From the NCBI RefSeq assembly GCF_009914755.1, contig NC_060940.1: a DNA stretch of 64,000 nucleotides. The stretch is one strand, 5' to 3'. This document shows positions 1 to 13,300 of the stretch, one piece after another. Every line of letters begins with the position of its first letter. Position 1 is the first letter of the stretch. The notes beneath the pieces were generated by a model. That model ran no database searches. It had not been told where the DNA came from and was given only the letters and a program-made list of their open reading frames with translations. This stretch comes from the human T2T-CHM13v2.0 reference genome, Homo sapiens. A program made the translations under genes and the position numbers.

Positions 1-342
1 ATGATTCCATTCGAGTCCATTTGATCATTCTGGTAGGGTCCGTTCGATGTTGATTCCATTGGAGTGCATTCGATGATTCCATTCGAGTCCATTTTATGAT
101 TTGATTCGAGTCCTTTCGATGATTCCATTCGATTCCACTCGATGATGATTTCATTCGAGTCCATTCGACACTTCCAATCGATTCCATTTGATGATTCCAT
201 TCGAGTCCAATTGATGATTCCATTCAATTCCATTCGATGATGATTCCGTACGATTCCATTCTGTGATGATTCCATGTGATTGCATTCAATGATGATTCCT
301 TTCGACTGCATTCGATTATGATTCATTTCGTGTTCATTCTAT

Positions 343-3300
343 GGTTCCACAGGTTTCCATTCGATGACGTTTCCGTTCGTGTCCATTCCATTATTCCATT
401 CTATTTCATTTGATGATGATTCCATTCGATTCCATTCATTGGTGATTCCACTCAATTCCATTCAATGATTCCATTCCATTTCTTTCAACAATGATTCCCT
501 TAGTTTCTATTCGATGATCCACTTGATTCCATTTGGCGATGATTCCATTCGTGTCCATTCGATGATTCCATTTGATTCCATATGATGATGATTCCATTCG
601 ATTCCATATCATGATGATTCCATTCGACTCCATTCAATGGTGATTCCATTCAATTCCATTCGATGATTCCTTCCGATTCCATTCGATGATGATGGCATTC
701 GATTCCTTTCAATCATTCCCTTTGATTCCATTCAAAGGTGATTTCATTCAAGTCCATTCGATAATTGCATTCGATTCCATTCTATGATGATTCCATTCGA
801 GTCCATTTGATGATTCCATTCAATTCAAGTCAATGATGATTCCATTCGATTCCACTCGATGATTCCATTGGATTCCATTCGATGATGATTCCATTCAAAT
901 CCATTCGATAATTCAATTCAAGTCCATTCGATGATGATTCCAATCGAATCCATTCAAAGATTCCATTCAATTCCATTCGATGATGATTCCCTTAGATTCC
1001 ATTCGATGATTCCACTTGATTCCATTTACGATGATTCCATTCGATTCCATGTGATGAATCCATTCAATTCTATTCAATGATGTTTCCATTTGATTCCATT
1101 GGACCATGATTGCCTTTGATTCCATTCAATGATTCCATTCGGTTCCATTTGATGATGATTCCGTTCTATTCCATTTCATTATTCCATTTGATTCCATTGG
1201 ATGAGTCCATTCGATTACATTCGATGATTATTCCATTCGAGTGCATTAGATGATTGCATTCGAGTCCATTCGATGATTCCATTCGATTCCATTCGATGTT
1301 GATTCTGTTCAAATCCATTCGATGATTCCACTCGATTCCATTCGATGACTCCATTTGATCCCATTCGATGATTTCCTGTGATTCCCTTTGATGATCATTC
1401 TATTTGATTCAATTCGGTGATTTCATTTCATTCCATTCAGTGATGTTTCCATTCGACTGTATTCGATGATGATTCCATTCGACTCCATTCGATTATGATT
1501 TCATTCAATTCCATTCAATAATGATTCCCTTCGAGTCCATTCGATGATTCCATTCGATTCCATTCAACGATGATTTGATTCGTTTCCATTCGATGATTCC
1601 ATTTGATTCCACTTGATGATGATTCCATTCGAGTCCATTTGATGATTCCATTCGAGTCTATTTATGTATTATATTCGTGTCCACTTCATGATTCCATTCA
1701 ATTCCATTTAATGTTGATTCCATTTGATTCCATTTGATGATTCAGTTCGATTCCTTGCAATGATTCCCTACGATTCCTTTCTATGATGATTCCATTCGAT
1801 TCCATTCATTGATGATTTCATTCGACTCCATTCGATGATGATTCCTTACGTTTCCATTTGACGATGTTTCCCTTCGAGTCCATTCGATGATGATTCTATT
1901 CAATTCTGTTCTATTATGATTCCATTCGATTTCATTCAATGCTTCTATTTGATTCCATTCGATGATGATTCCATCTCTTTCCCTTCGATGATTCCATTTG
2001 ATTCCATTCAGTGATGATTCCATTTGATTCCATCTGATGATGATTTCACTTGATTCCTTTCAATGATGATTCAATTCAAGCCCATTCAATGATTCCATTG
2101 GAGTCCAAACGATCATTCCGTTCGATTCCATTCAATGGTGATTCCATTCATGTCCATTCGATGAATCCATTCAATTCCATTCGATGATGACTCCATTCGA
2201 GTACATTCGATGATTCCATTTGATTCCATTTGAAGATGATTCCATTCAATTCCATTCGAAGATGATTCCATTCAATTCCATTCGATGATGATTCCGTATG
2301 AATCCATTCTCTGATTATTCCATTCGATTCCATTCATTGACGATTCCATTCAATTCCATTCAATGATGATTCTCTTCTATTCCATTCGATGATTCCGGTC
2401 GATTCCATTCGATGATGATTCCATTAGATTCCATTCGATTGTTGCATTCGATTCCCTTCGATGATGATTCCTTTGAATTCCATTCGATTATCATTCCGTA
2501 TGAATCCATTTGATGATTATTCCATTGGATTCCTTTCGATGATGATTCCATTCGATTCCATTTGATGATGTTTCTCTTGTATTCCATTGGATAATTCCTT
2601 TCAGTTCCCTTCGATGATTATTCTTTCGAGTCAATTCGATGATTCTATTCCATTCCCTTCGATGATGATTCCATTTCACTCCATTTGATGATTCCATTCG
2701 ACTCAATTTGGTGATGATTCAATTCGATGACATTCGATGACTCCATTCAATTTCATTTGATGATGATTACATTCGAGTCCATTTGATGATTGTATTCCTT
2801 TCCTTTTGATGATTATTCCATTCGTGTCTATTCAAAGATTCCATTCTATTCCATTCAATGATGATTGCATTTGATTCCATTCAATGATTATGGCTATCGA
2901 TTCCACTCGTTGATTCCATTTGATTCCGTTCGATGATTATTCCGTTAGATTCCATTAGAAGATTCCATTCGATTTTATTCAATGATTCCAATGGATTCCA
3001 TTCAATGATGATTCCATTCGACTCCATTCAGTGATTCCATTCGAGTCCATTTGATGATTCCATTCTTTTCCATTTGATGATGATTCCATTAGGGTCCATT
3101 CAATGATTCCATTCGAGTCCATTCGTTAATGCCTTTCGAGTCCTTTTGATCACTACATTCGAGTCCATTCAATGATTCTATTCGATTCCATTCCATGATG
3201 ATTCCATTCGAGTTCATTCGATGATTGCATTCGAGTCCATTTGATGATTCCATATGATTCCCTTCGACAATGATTCCATTCGTGTCCATTTGATGATTCC

Positions 3301-4456
3301 ATTCATTTCCTATCGATGAAGATTCCATTCAAGTGTATTCGATGATTCCATTCAAATCCATTCGATGATGATTCCATTCCAGTCCATTCGATCATTCCAC
3401 TTGATTCCATTTGATGACTATTGCATTCAAATCCATTTGATGATTCCATTCGATTCCATTCGATGTTACCATTCGAGTATATACGATGATTCCACTCGAT
3501 TCCATTTGATGATTATTCCATTGGAGTCCACTTAGTGAATCCTTTAGATTCTACTGGAAGATGATTCCATTCGAGTCCATTCGATGATACCATTCAATTC
3601 CATTCGTTGATGCTTCCATTCAAGTGCATTCGATGATATCATTCGATTCCATTTGATGATAATTCCATTTGATTCCATGCGATGATTCTATTCGATTCCA
3701 TTCAATGATAATTCCATTCAATTCAGTGATTCCTCTGGACTCCATTTGATGATGATTCCATTCAATGATTCCATTCGATTCTATTCGAAAATGATTCCAT
3801 TTGAATCCATTTGATGATGATTCCATTGGATTCCATTTGATGATTCCATTCGATTCCATTCGATGATGATTCCATTCGATTCCATTTGATGATTCCATTC
3901 TATTGCATTCGATCATGATTCCATTCGATTCCATTCGATGATGATTGGATTCGATTCCATTTGATTCCATTCGATAATGATTTCGATCAATTCCATTCGA
4001 TGATTCCATTCGATTCCATTCGATAATGATTACATCCGAGTCCATTCGATGATTCCATTTGAGCCCGTTCGATAATTCCATTTGAGTCCAATCAATGATT
4101 CCATTCATTTCCATTCAATGATTCCATTCGAGTCCATTTGATCATTCCGGTAGGGTCCGTTCGATGTTGATTCCATTGGAGTGCATTCGATGATTCCATT
4201 CGAGTCCATTTTAGGATTTGATTCGAGTCCTTTCGATGATTCCATTCGATTCCACTCGATGATTTCATTCGAGTCCATTCGACACTTCCAATCGATTCCA
4301 TTTGATGTTTCCATTCGATTCCAATTGATGATTCCATTCAATTCCATTCGATGATGATTCCGTACGATTCCATTCTGTGATGATTCCATGTGATTGCATT
4401 CAATGATGATTCCTTTCGATTGCATTCGATTATGATTCATTTCGTGTTCATTCTAT
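343..4456 (+). repeat. Higher-order unit A1 (4114 bp, A-type)
   Basis: Landmark GGTTCCACAGG at 343 and 4457; carries the A-specific block 1654-3484 and a 13-bp deletion near 3960. Confidence 0.9.
1654..3484 (+). repeat. A-specific 1831-bp HSat2 block (other copies at 17785-19615, 31628-33458, 55039-56853)
   Basis: Starts GAGTCTATTTATGTATTATATTCG and ends GAGTATATAC. Its distinctive words (CCTTGCAATGATTCCCTACG, TATGGCTATCG, GTTAATGCCTTTCG) were not seen in B or C units. Confidence 0.88.
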
Positions 4457-7400
4457 GGTTCCACAGGTTTCCATTCGATGATGTTTCCATTCGTGTCCAT
4501 TCCATTATTCCATTCTATTCCATTTGAAGATGATTCCATTCGATTCCATTCATTGGTGATTCCACTCAATTCCATTCAATGATTCCATTCCATTTCTTTC
4601 AACAATGATTCCATTAGTTTCTATTCGATGATCCACTTGATTCCATTTGACGATGATTCCATTCGTGTCCATTCGATGATTCCATTTGATTCCATATGAT
4701 GATGATTCCATTCGATTCCACACGATGATGATTCCATTCGAGTCCATTCAATGGTGATTCCATTCAATTCCATTCGATGATTCCTTTCGATTCCATTCAA
4801 TGATGATGGCATTCGATTCCTTTCGATCATTCCCTTTGATTCCATTCAAAGGTGATTTCATTCAAGTCCATTCGATAATTGCATTCGAAACCATTCTATG
4901 ATGATTCCATTCGAGTCCATTTGATGATTCCATTCAATTCAAGTCAATGATGATTCCATTCGATTCCACTCGATGATTCCATTGGATTCCATTCGATGAT
5001 GATTCCATTCAAATCCATTCGATAATTCAATTCAAGTCCATTCGATGATGATTCCAATCGAATCCATTCAAAGATTCCACTCAATTCCATTCGATGATGA
5101 TTCCCTTAGATTCCATTCGATGATTCCACTTGATTCCATTTACGATGATTCCATTCGATTCCATGTGATGATTCCATTCAATTCTATTCAATGATGTTTC
5201 CACTTGATTCCATTCGAACATGATTGCCTTTGATTCCATTCAATGATTCCATACGGTTCCATTTGATGATGATTCCATTCGAGTGCATTAGATGATTCCA
5301 TTCGAGTCCATTCGATGATTCCATTCGATTCCATTCGATGTTGATTCTGTTCAAATCCATTCGATGATTCCACTCGATTCCATTCGATGACTCCATTTGA
5401 TCCCATTCGATGATTTCCTTTGATTCCCTTTGATGATCATTCCATTTGATTCAATTCGGTGATTTCATTTGATTCCATTCAGTGATGTTTCCATTCAACT
5501 CCTTTCGATGATGATTCCATTCGACTCCATTCGATTATGATTTCATTCAATTCCATTCGATAATGATTCCCTTCAAGTCCATTCGATGATTCCATTCGAT
5601 TCCATTCAACGATGATTTGATTCGTGTCCATTCGATGATTCCATTTGATTCCATTTGATGATGATTCCATTCGAGTCCCTTTGATGATTCCATTCAATTC
5701 CATTCTCCGATGATTTCTTTTGAGCCCATTCAATGCTTCCACTCGATTCCATATGATGATGAATCCATTTGATGAAATTCCATGATGATTCCATTCGCTT
5801 GCATTCGATGATGATTCCACTTGAGTCCGTTAGAAGATTCTATTCAATTACATTCCATGACGATTCTGTTCGAGTCCATTTGATGATTCCATTAGACTCC
5901 ATTCGACGATGATTCCATTCGATGTTATTCGATGATGATTCCATTCAACTCCATTCGATGTTTCCATTCGAGTTCATTCTATTATTCCATTAGATTCCAT
6001 TCGATGATGATTCCATTCGATTCCATTTGATGATTGCATTCTATTTCATTTGATGATGATTCCATTCGAGTCCATTCGATGATTCCATTCGAGTCCATTT
6101 AATGAATCCATTGGTTTCAATTCTATGATGATTACATTGGATTCCATACGTGGATGATTTCATTCGATTCCATTCAATGATGATTCCATTCAATTCCATT
6201 CAATGATTCCATTCAATTCCATACGATGATGATTCCATTTGATTTGATTCGACAGTGAGCCATTCGATTCAATTCCATGATGATTCTATTTTATTCAATT
6301 GGTTGACATTTCCATTCGATTCCATTCGATGATGATTCCATTTGATTCCATTCAAAGATGATTCCATTCTAGCCCATTCAATCATTCCATTCGATTCTAT
6401 TCAATGATGATTCCATTCATGTCGATTTGGTGATTCCATTTGACTTCATTTGATGATGATTCCTTTCAAGTTCATTAGATGATTCCATTCGATTCCATTT
6501 GATGATGATCCCATTCGAGTCCATTCAGTGATTCCACTCGTTTCCATTCCATGATGATTCCATTCCTTTCCATTCAATGATTCCATTCGATTCCGTTTGA
6601 TGATGATTTCATTCGAGTCCATTTGATGATTCCATTTGATTCCATTCGATGATGATTACATTCGAGTCCATACGATGATTCCACTCAATTCCATATGATG
6701 ATGATTCCATTCGATTCCATTCGATGATTCCATTCTATTCTATTCAATGGTGATTCCATTCGAGTACATTAGATGATTCCATTCGATTCCATTCAATGAT
6801 GATTCTATTTGTGTCCCTTAGATGGTTCCACATGATTCCATTTCATGATGATACTATTTGAGCCCATCCAATGATTCCCTTCGATTCCATTCGATGAGGA
6901 TTCCATTCGATTCAATTCATTGGTGATTCTATTCAATTCAATTCTTTGATTCCATTCCATTCCATTCGACAATGATTCCATTCGATTTCTTTCGATGATT
7001 CCACTCGATTCCACTTGACATTGATTCCATTCGATTCCATTCAATGATTCCGTTTGATTCCAGTGGATGATGATTGCCATCGATTCCATTCGATCACTCC
7101 ATTCTATTCCATTTGATGATGATTACATTCGATTCCATTTGATGATTCCATCTGATTCTATTTGAGGATTCCATTTGATTCCATTCGATGATGATTCCAT
7201 TCGAGTGCATTCGATGATTTCATTCGAGTACATCCAATGATTCCATTCGAGTCCATTTGATGATTCCATTTGATTCCATTTGATTATGATTCTACTAGAG
7301 TCCATTCAATGACTCCATTCGAATCCATTCAACAATTCCATTCGAGGCCATTCGATGATTCCATTTCATGATTCCATTCGAGTCCATTTAATCATTACAG

Positions 7401-10312
7401 TCGAGGCCATTTGGTGATTCCACTGGATTTCTTTTGATAATGATACCATTCAATTACATTTGATGATGATCCCATCCAATTTCATTTGATGGTGATTCCA
7501 TTAGAGTCCATTCGATGATTTCATTCGAGTCCCTTCATTGATTCCATCCGATTTCATTTGATGATGACTCCATTCGAGTCCATTCGATGATTCCACTCGA
7601 TTCCATTAGATGATTCCATTGGAGTCCATTTGATTGTTCCATTCGATTCTATTCGATTCCTTTCGAAGATTATTCCGTTTGAGTCCATTCGATGATGATT
7701 CCATTCCATTCCATTCGATGATTCCGTTTGATTCCATTCGATGATTCCCTTCGATTCCTTTCTTTGATGATTCCATTCCATTCCATTCAATGATTCCATT
7801 CGAATCTATTCCATGATGATTCCTTTCGATTCCATTCGCTGATGTTTCCGTTCAATTCCATTCGATGATGATTCCATTCGATTCCATTCATTGAGGATTC
7901 CATTGGATTCCATTCAATGATGATTCCATTCTATTCCATTCAATGATTGCATTCAATTCCATTCAATGATTATCCCCTGAGAGTAAACTCAACGATTCCA
8001 TTCAATACCATTCGATGATGATTCCTTTTGAGTCCATTCAATGATTTCATTCAAGTCCATTTGATGATTCCTTTCAATTCCATTCTATGATGATTCCATT
8101 CGAGTCCATTCGATGATTCCATTCGATTGCATTCGATGATTCCATTATATTCCAGTCAACGATGATTCCATTCGAGTCCATTCGATGATTCCATTAGAGT
8201 ACATTTAATGATTGCTTTGTTTTCAATTCGAAGATGATTACATTGGATTCCATTCTATGATACCATTCGATTCCATTCAATGATGATTCCACTCAAATCC
8301 ATTGGATGATTCCATTCGTGTCCATTCGGTGATTTCATTAGATTCCATTCGAGGATGATTCCATTCGATTCCATTCGATGATTCCATTCAATTCCATTCG
8401 ATGATGATTCCATTCCAGTCCATATGATCATTCCATTTGATTTCATTCGATGATGATTCCATTCGATTCCATTCGATGATTCCATTCTATTCCATTCGAT
8501 GATGATTCCATTCGAGTCCATTCGATGATTCCATTCGAGTCCATTTAATGATTCCATTGGGTTCAATTCAATGATGATTACATTGGATTCCGTTCTATGA
8601 TTCCATTCAATTCCGTTCATTGACAATTTGATTCCATTCGATGATGATTCCATTTGAGTTCATTCGATGATTCTATTCGATTCTCTTCGATGGTGATTCA
8701 ATTCTATTATATTGGATGATTCCATTCGATTCCATTTGATGTTGATTCAATTCGATTCTATTCGATGATGATTCCATTGGATTTCACTTGATGATTCTAT
8801 TCGATTCCATTCAATGATGATTCACTTCTCGTCCATTGGATGATTCCATTTCATTCCATTCGATGATGATTCCATTCGATTCCATTCGATGATTCCATTT
8901 GATTCCATGCGTCGGTGAGCAATTCGATTCAATTCCATGATGATTCTATTTGATTCAATTAGATGATGTTTCCATTCGAATCCATTCCATGATTATTCCA
9001 TTGGAATCCATTTGGCGATGATTCCATATGAGTCAATTCAATGATGATTCCATATGGGTCCGTTCGATGATAATTCCATTTGATTTCATTCGATGCTTCT
9101 ATTCTATTCCAGTCGATGATGATTCCGTTGGAGTCCATACGATGATTCCATTTGATTTCATTTGATGATGATTCCATTCGATGATGATTACATTGGATTC
9201 CATTCTATGATTCCATTCAATTCCATTCGTTGATGATTCGATTCCATTCAATGATGATTCCATTTGAGTTCATTCGATGATTCTATTCGATTCCGTTCGA
9301 TGGTGATTCAATTCTATTATATTGGATGATTCCACTCGATTCCATTTGATGATTATTCCATTGGAGTCCACTTAGTGAATCCTTTAGATTCTACTCGAAG
9401 ATGATTCCATTCGAGTCCATTCGATGATACAATTCAATTCCATTCGTTGATGCTTCCATTCAAGTGCATTCGATGATATCATTCGATTCCATTTGATGAT
9501 AATTCCATTTGATTCCATGCGATGATTCTATTCGATTCCATTCAATGATAATTCCATTCAATTCAGTGATTCCTCTGGACTCCATTTGATGATGATTCCA
9601 TTCAATGATTCCATTCGATTCTATTCCAAAATGATTCCATTTGAATCCATTTGATGATGATTCCATTAGATTCCATTTGATGATTCCATTCGATTCCATT
9701 TGACGATGATTCCATTCGATTCCATTTGATGATTCCATTCTATTCTATTCGATGATGATTCCATTCGATTCCATTCGATGATGATTGGATTCGATTCCAT
9801 TTGATGATTTCATTTGATTCCATTCGTTAATGATTTCGATCAATTCCATTCGATGATTCCATTCGATTCCATTCGATAATGATTACATCCGAGTCCATTC
9901 GGTGATTCCATTTGAGCCTGTTCGATAATTCCATTTGAGTCCAACCAATGATTCCATTCATTTCCATTCAATGATTCCATTCGAGTCCATTTGATCATTC
10001 CGGTAGGGTCCGTTCGATGTTGATTCCATTGGAGTGCATTCGATGATTCCATTCAAGTCCATTTTATGATTTGATTCGAGTCCTTTCGATGATTCCATTC
10101 GATTCCACTCGATGATGATTTCATTCGAGTCCATTCGACACTTCCAATCGATTCCACTTGATGTTTCCATTCGAGTCCAATTGATGATTCCATTCAATTC
10201 CATTTGATGATGATTCCGTACGATTCCATTCTGTGATGATTCCATGTGATTGCATTCAATGATGATTCCTTTCGATTGCATTCGATTATGATTCATTTCG
10301 TGTTCATTCTAT
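4457..10312 (+). repeat. Higher-order unit B1 (5856 bp, B-type)
   Basis: Landmark spacing 5856; differs from the 6112-bp C unit by +16, +3, -72, -23, -170 and -10 bp (sum -256). Confidence 0.9.
8951..8961 (-). promoter_or_regulatory. Candidate DUX4-type double-homeodomain site TAATTGAATCA (also at 15112, 24445, 26700, 28955, 40188, 46300, 52389, 62320)
   Basis: TGATTCAATTA on + is close to the DUX4 consensus TAAYBBAATCA, and DUX4 is known to bind and induce HSATII. Motif match only; binding at these copies is not shown. Confidence 0.4.
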
Positions 10313-13300
10313 GGTTCCACAGGTTTCCTTTCGTGTCCATTCCATTATTCCATTCTATTCCATTTGATGATGATTCCATTCGATTCCATTCATTGGTGAT
10401 TCCACTCAATTCCATTCAATGATTCCATTCCATTTCTTTCAACAATGATTCCATTAGTTTCTAATCGATGATCCACTTGATTCCATTTGATGACGATTCC
10501 ATTCTCGTCCATTCGATGATTCCATTTGATTCCATATGATGATGATTCCATTCGATTCCATACGATGATGATTCCATTCGAGTCCATTCAATGGTGATTC
10601 CATTCAATTCCATTCGATGATTCCTTTTGATTCCATTCGATGATGATGGCATTCGATTCCTTTCAATCATTCCCTTTGATTCCATTCAAAGGTGATTTCA
10701 TTCAAGTCCATTCGATAATTGCATTCGATTCCATTCTATGATGATTCCATTCGAGTCCATTTGATGATTCCATTCAATTCAAGTCAATGATGATTCCATT
10801 CGATTCCACTCGATGATTCCATTGGATTCCATTCGATGATGATTCCATTCAAATCCATTCGATAATTCAATTCAAGTCCATTCGATGATGATTAAAATCG
10901 AATCCATTCAAAGATTCCATTCAGTTCCATTCGATGATTCCCTTAGATTCCATTCGATGATTCCACTTGATTGCATTTACGATGATTCCATTCGATTCCA
11001 TGTGATGATTCCATTCAATTCTATTCAATGCTGTTTCCATTTGATTCCATTCGACCATGATTGCCTTTGATTCCATTCAATGACTCCATTCGGTTCCTTT
11101 TGATGATGATTCCGTTCGATTCCATTTCATTATTCCATTTGATTCCATTGGATGAGTCCATTCGATTACATTCGATGATTATTCCATTCGAGTGCATTAG
11201 ATGATTCCATTCGAGTCCATTCGATGATTCCATTCGATTCCATTCGATGTTGATTCTGTTCAAATCCATTCGATGATTCCACTCGATTCCATTCGATGAC
11301 TCCAGTTGATCCCATTCGATGATTTCCTTTGATTCCCTTTGATGATCATTCCATTTGATTCAATTCGGTGATTTCATTTGATTCCATTCAGTGATGTTTC
11401 CATTCGACTCCATTCGATGATGATTCCATTCGACTCCATTCGATTATGATTTCATTCAATTCCATTCGATAATGATTCCCTTCGAGTCCATTCGATGATT
11501 CCATTCGATTCCATTCAACGATGATTTGATTCGTGTCCATTCGATGATTCCATTTGATTCCACTTGATGATGATTCCATTCGAGTCCATTTGATGATTCC
11601 ATTCAATTCCATTCTCCGATGATTTCTTTTGAGCCCATTCAATGCTTCCACTCGATTCCATATGATGATGACTCCATTCGATGAAATTCGATGATGATTC
11701 CATTCGCTTGCATTCGATGATGATTCCACTTGAGTCCATTAGAAGATTCTATTCAATTACATTCCATGACGATTCCGTTCGAGTCCATTTGATGATTCCA
11801 TTAGACTCCATTCGACGATGATTCCATTCGATGTTATTCGATGATTCCATTCGATCTCATTCGATGATGATTCCATTCAACTCCATTCGATGTTTCCATT
11901 CGAGTTCATTCTATTATTCCATTAGATTCCATTCGATGATGATTCCATTCGATTCCATTTGATGATTGCATTCTATTTCATTTGATGATGATTCCATTCG
12001 AGTCCACTCGATGATTCCATTCGAGTCCATTTAATGAATCCATTGGTTTCAATTCTATGATGATTACATTGGATTCCATTCGTTGATGATTTCATTCGGT
12101 TCCATTCAATGATGATTCCATTCAATTCCTTTCAATGTTTCCATTCAATTCCATACGATGATGATTCCATTTGATTTGATTCGACAGTGAGCCATTCGAT
12201 TCAATTCCATGATGATTCTATTTGATTCAATTGGTTGACATTTCCATTCGATTCCATTCGATGATGATTCCCTTTGATTCCATTCAAAGATGATTCCATT
12301 CTAGCCCATTCAATCATTCCATTCGATTCTATTCAATGATGATTCCATTCATGTCGATTTGGTGATTCCATTTGACTTCATTTGATGATGATTCCTTTCA
12401 AGTTCATTAGATGATTCCATTCGATTCCATTTGATGATGATCCCATTCGAGTCCATTCAGTGATTCCACTCGTTTCCATTCCATGATGATTCCATTCCAT
12501 TCCATTTAATGATTCCATTCGATTCCGTTTGATGATGATTTCATTCGAGTCCATTTGATGATTCCATTTGATTCCATTCGATGATGATTCCATTCGAGTC
12601 CATTCGATGATTCTATTCGAATCCATTTGATGATTTCTTTTGATTATAGTTGGTGATGATTCCATTGGAGTCCATTCAATGATTCCATTCTATTCCAATC
12701 GATGGTGATTCCATTAGAGTCCATTTAATGATTCCATTTGATTCCAGTCTCTGATGATTACATTCGAGTCCATACGATGATTCCACTCAATTCCATATGA
12801 TGATGATTCCATTCGATTCCATTCGATGATTCCATTCTATTCTATTCAATGGTGATTCCATTCGAGTACATTAGATGATTCCATTCGATTCCATTCAATG
12901 ATGATTCTATTTGTGTCCCTTAGATGATTCCACATGATTCCATTAGATGATGATACTATTTGAGCCCATCCAATGATTCCCTTCGATTCCATTCGATGAG
13001 GATTCCATTCGATTCAATTCATTGGTGATTCTATTCAATTCAATTCTTTGATTCCATTCCATTCCATTCGACAATGATTCCATTCGATTTCTTTCGATGA
13101 TTCCACTCGATTCCCCTTGACATTGATTCCCTTCGATTCCATTCAATGATTCCATTTGATTCCAGTGGATGATGATTGCCGTCGATTCCATTCGATCACT
13201 CCATTCTGTTCCATTTGATAATGATTACATTCGATTCCATTTGATGATTCCATCTGATTCTATTCGAGGATTCCATTTGATTCCATTCGATGATGATTCC

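Noticed and set aside
247-252. Once-per-unit palindrome CGTACG and other short palindromes
   Set aside because: They are explained by point substitutions in a monomer propagated with the unit; there is no evidence of function.
1654-3484. Mobile element insertion as the explanation for the A-specific block
   Set aside because: The block is itself CATTC satellite, replaces rather than adds sequence, and has no terminal repeats, target-site duplication, poly-A tail or coding capacity.
3620-4114. Longest ORF (164 aa)
   Set aside because: It arises because the 13-bp deletion near 3960 fuses two reading frames, and it is broken in the other copies.
10885-11070. Only plus-strand ORF (61 aa)
   Set aside because: Chance open frame in one unit copy, with no support for coding.
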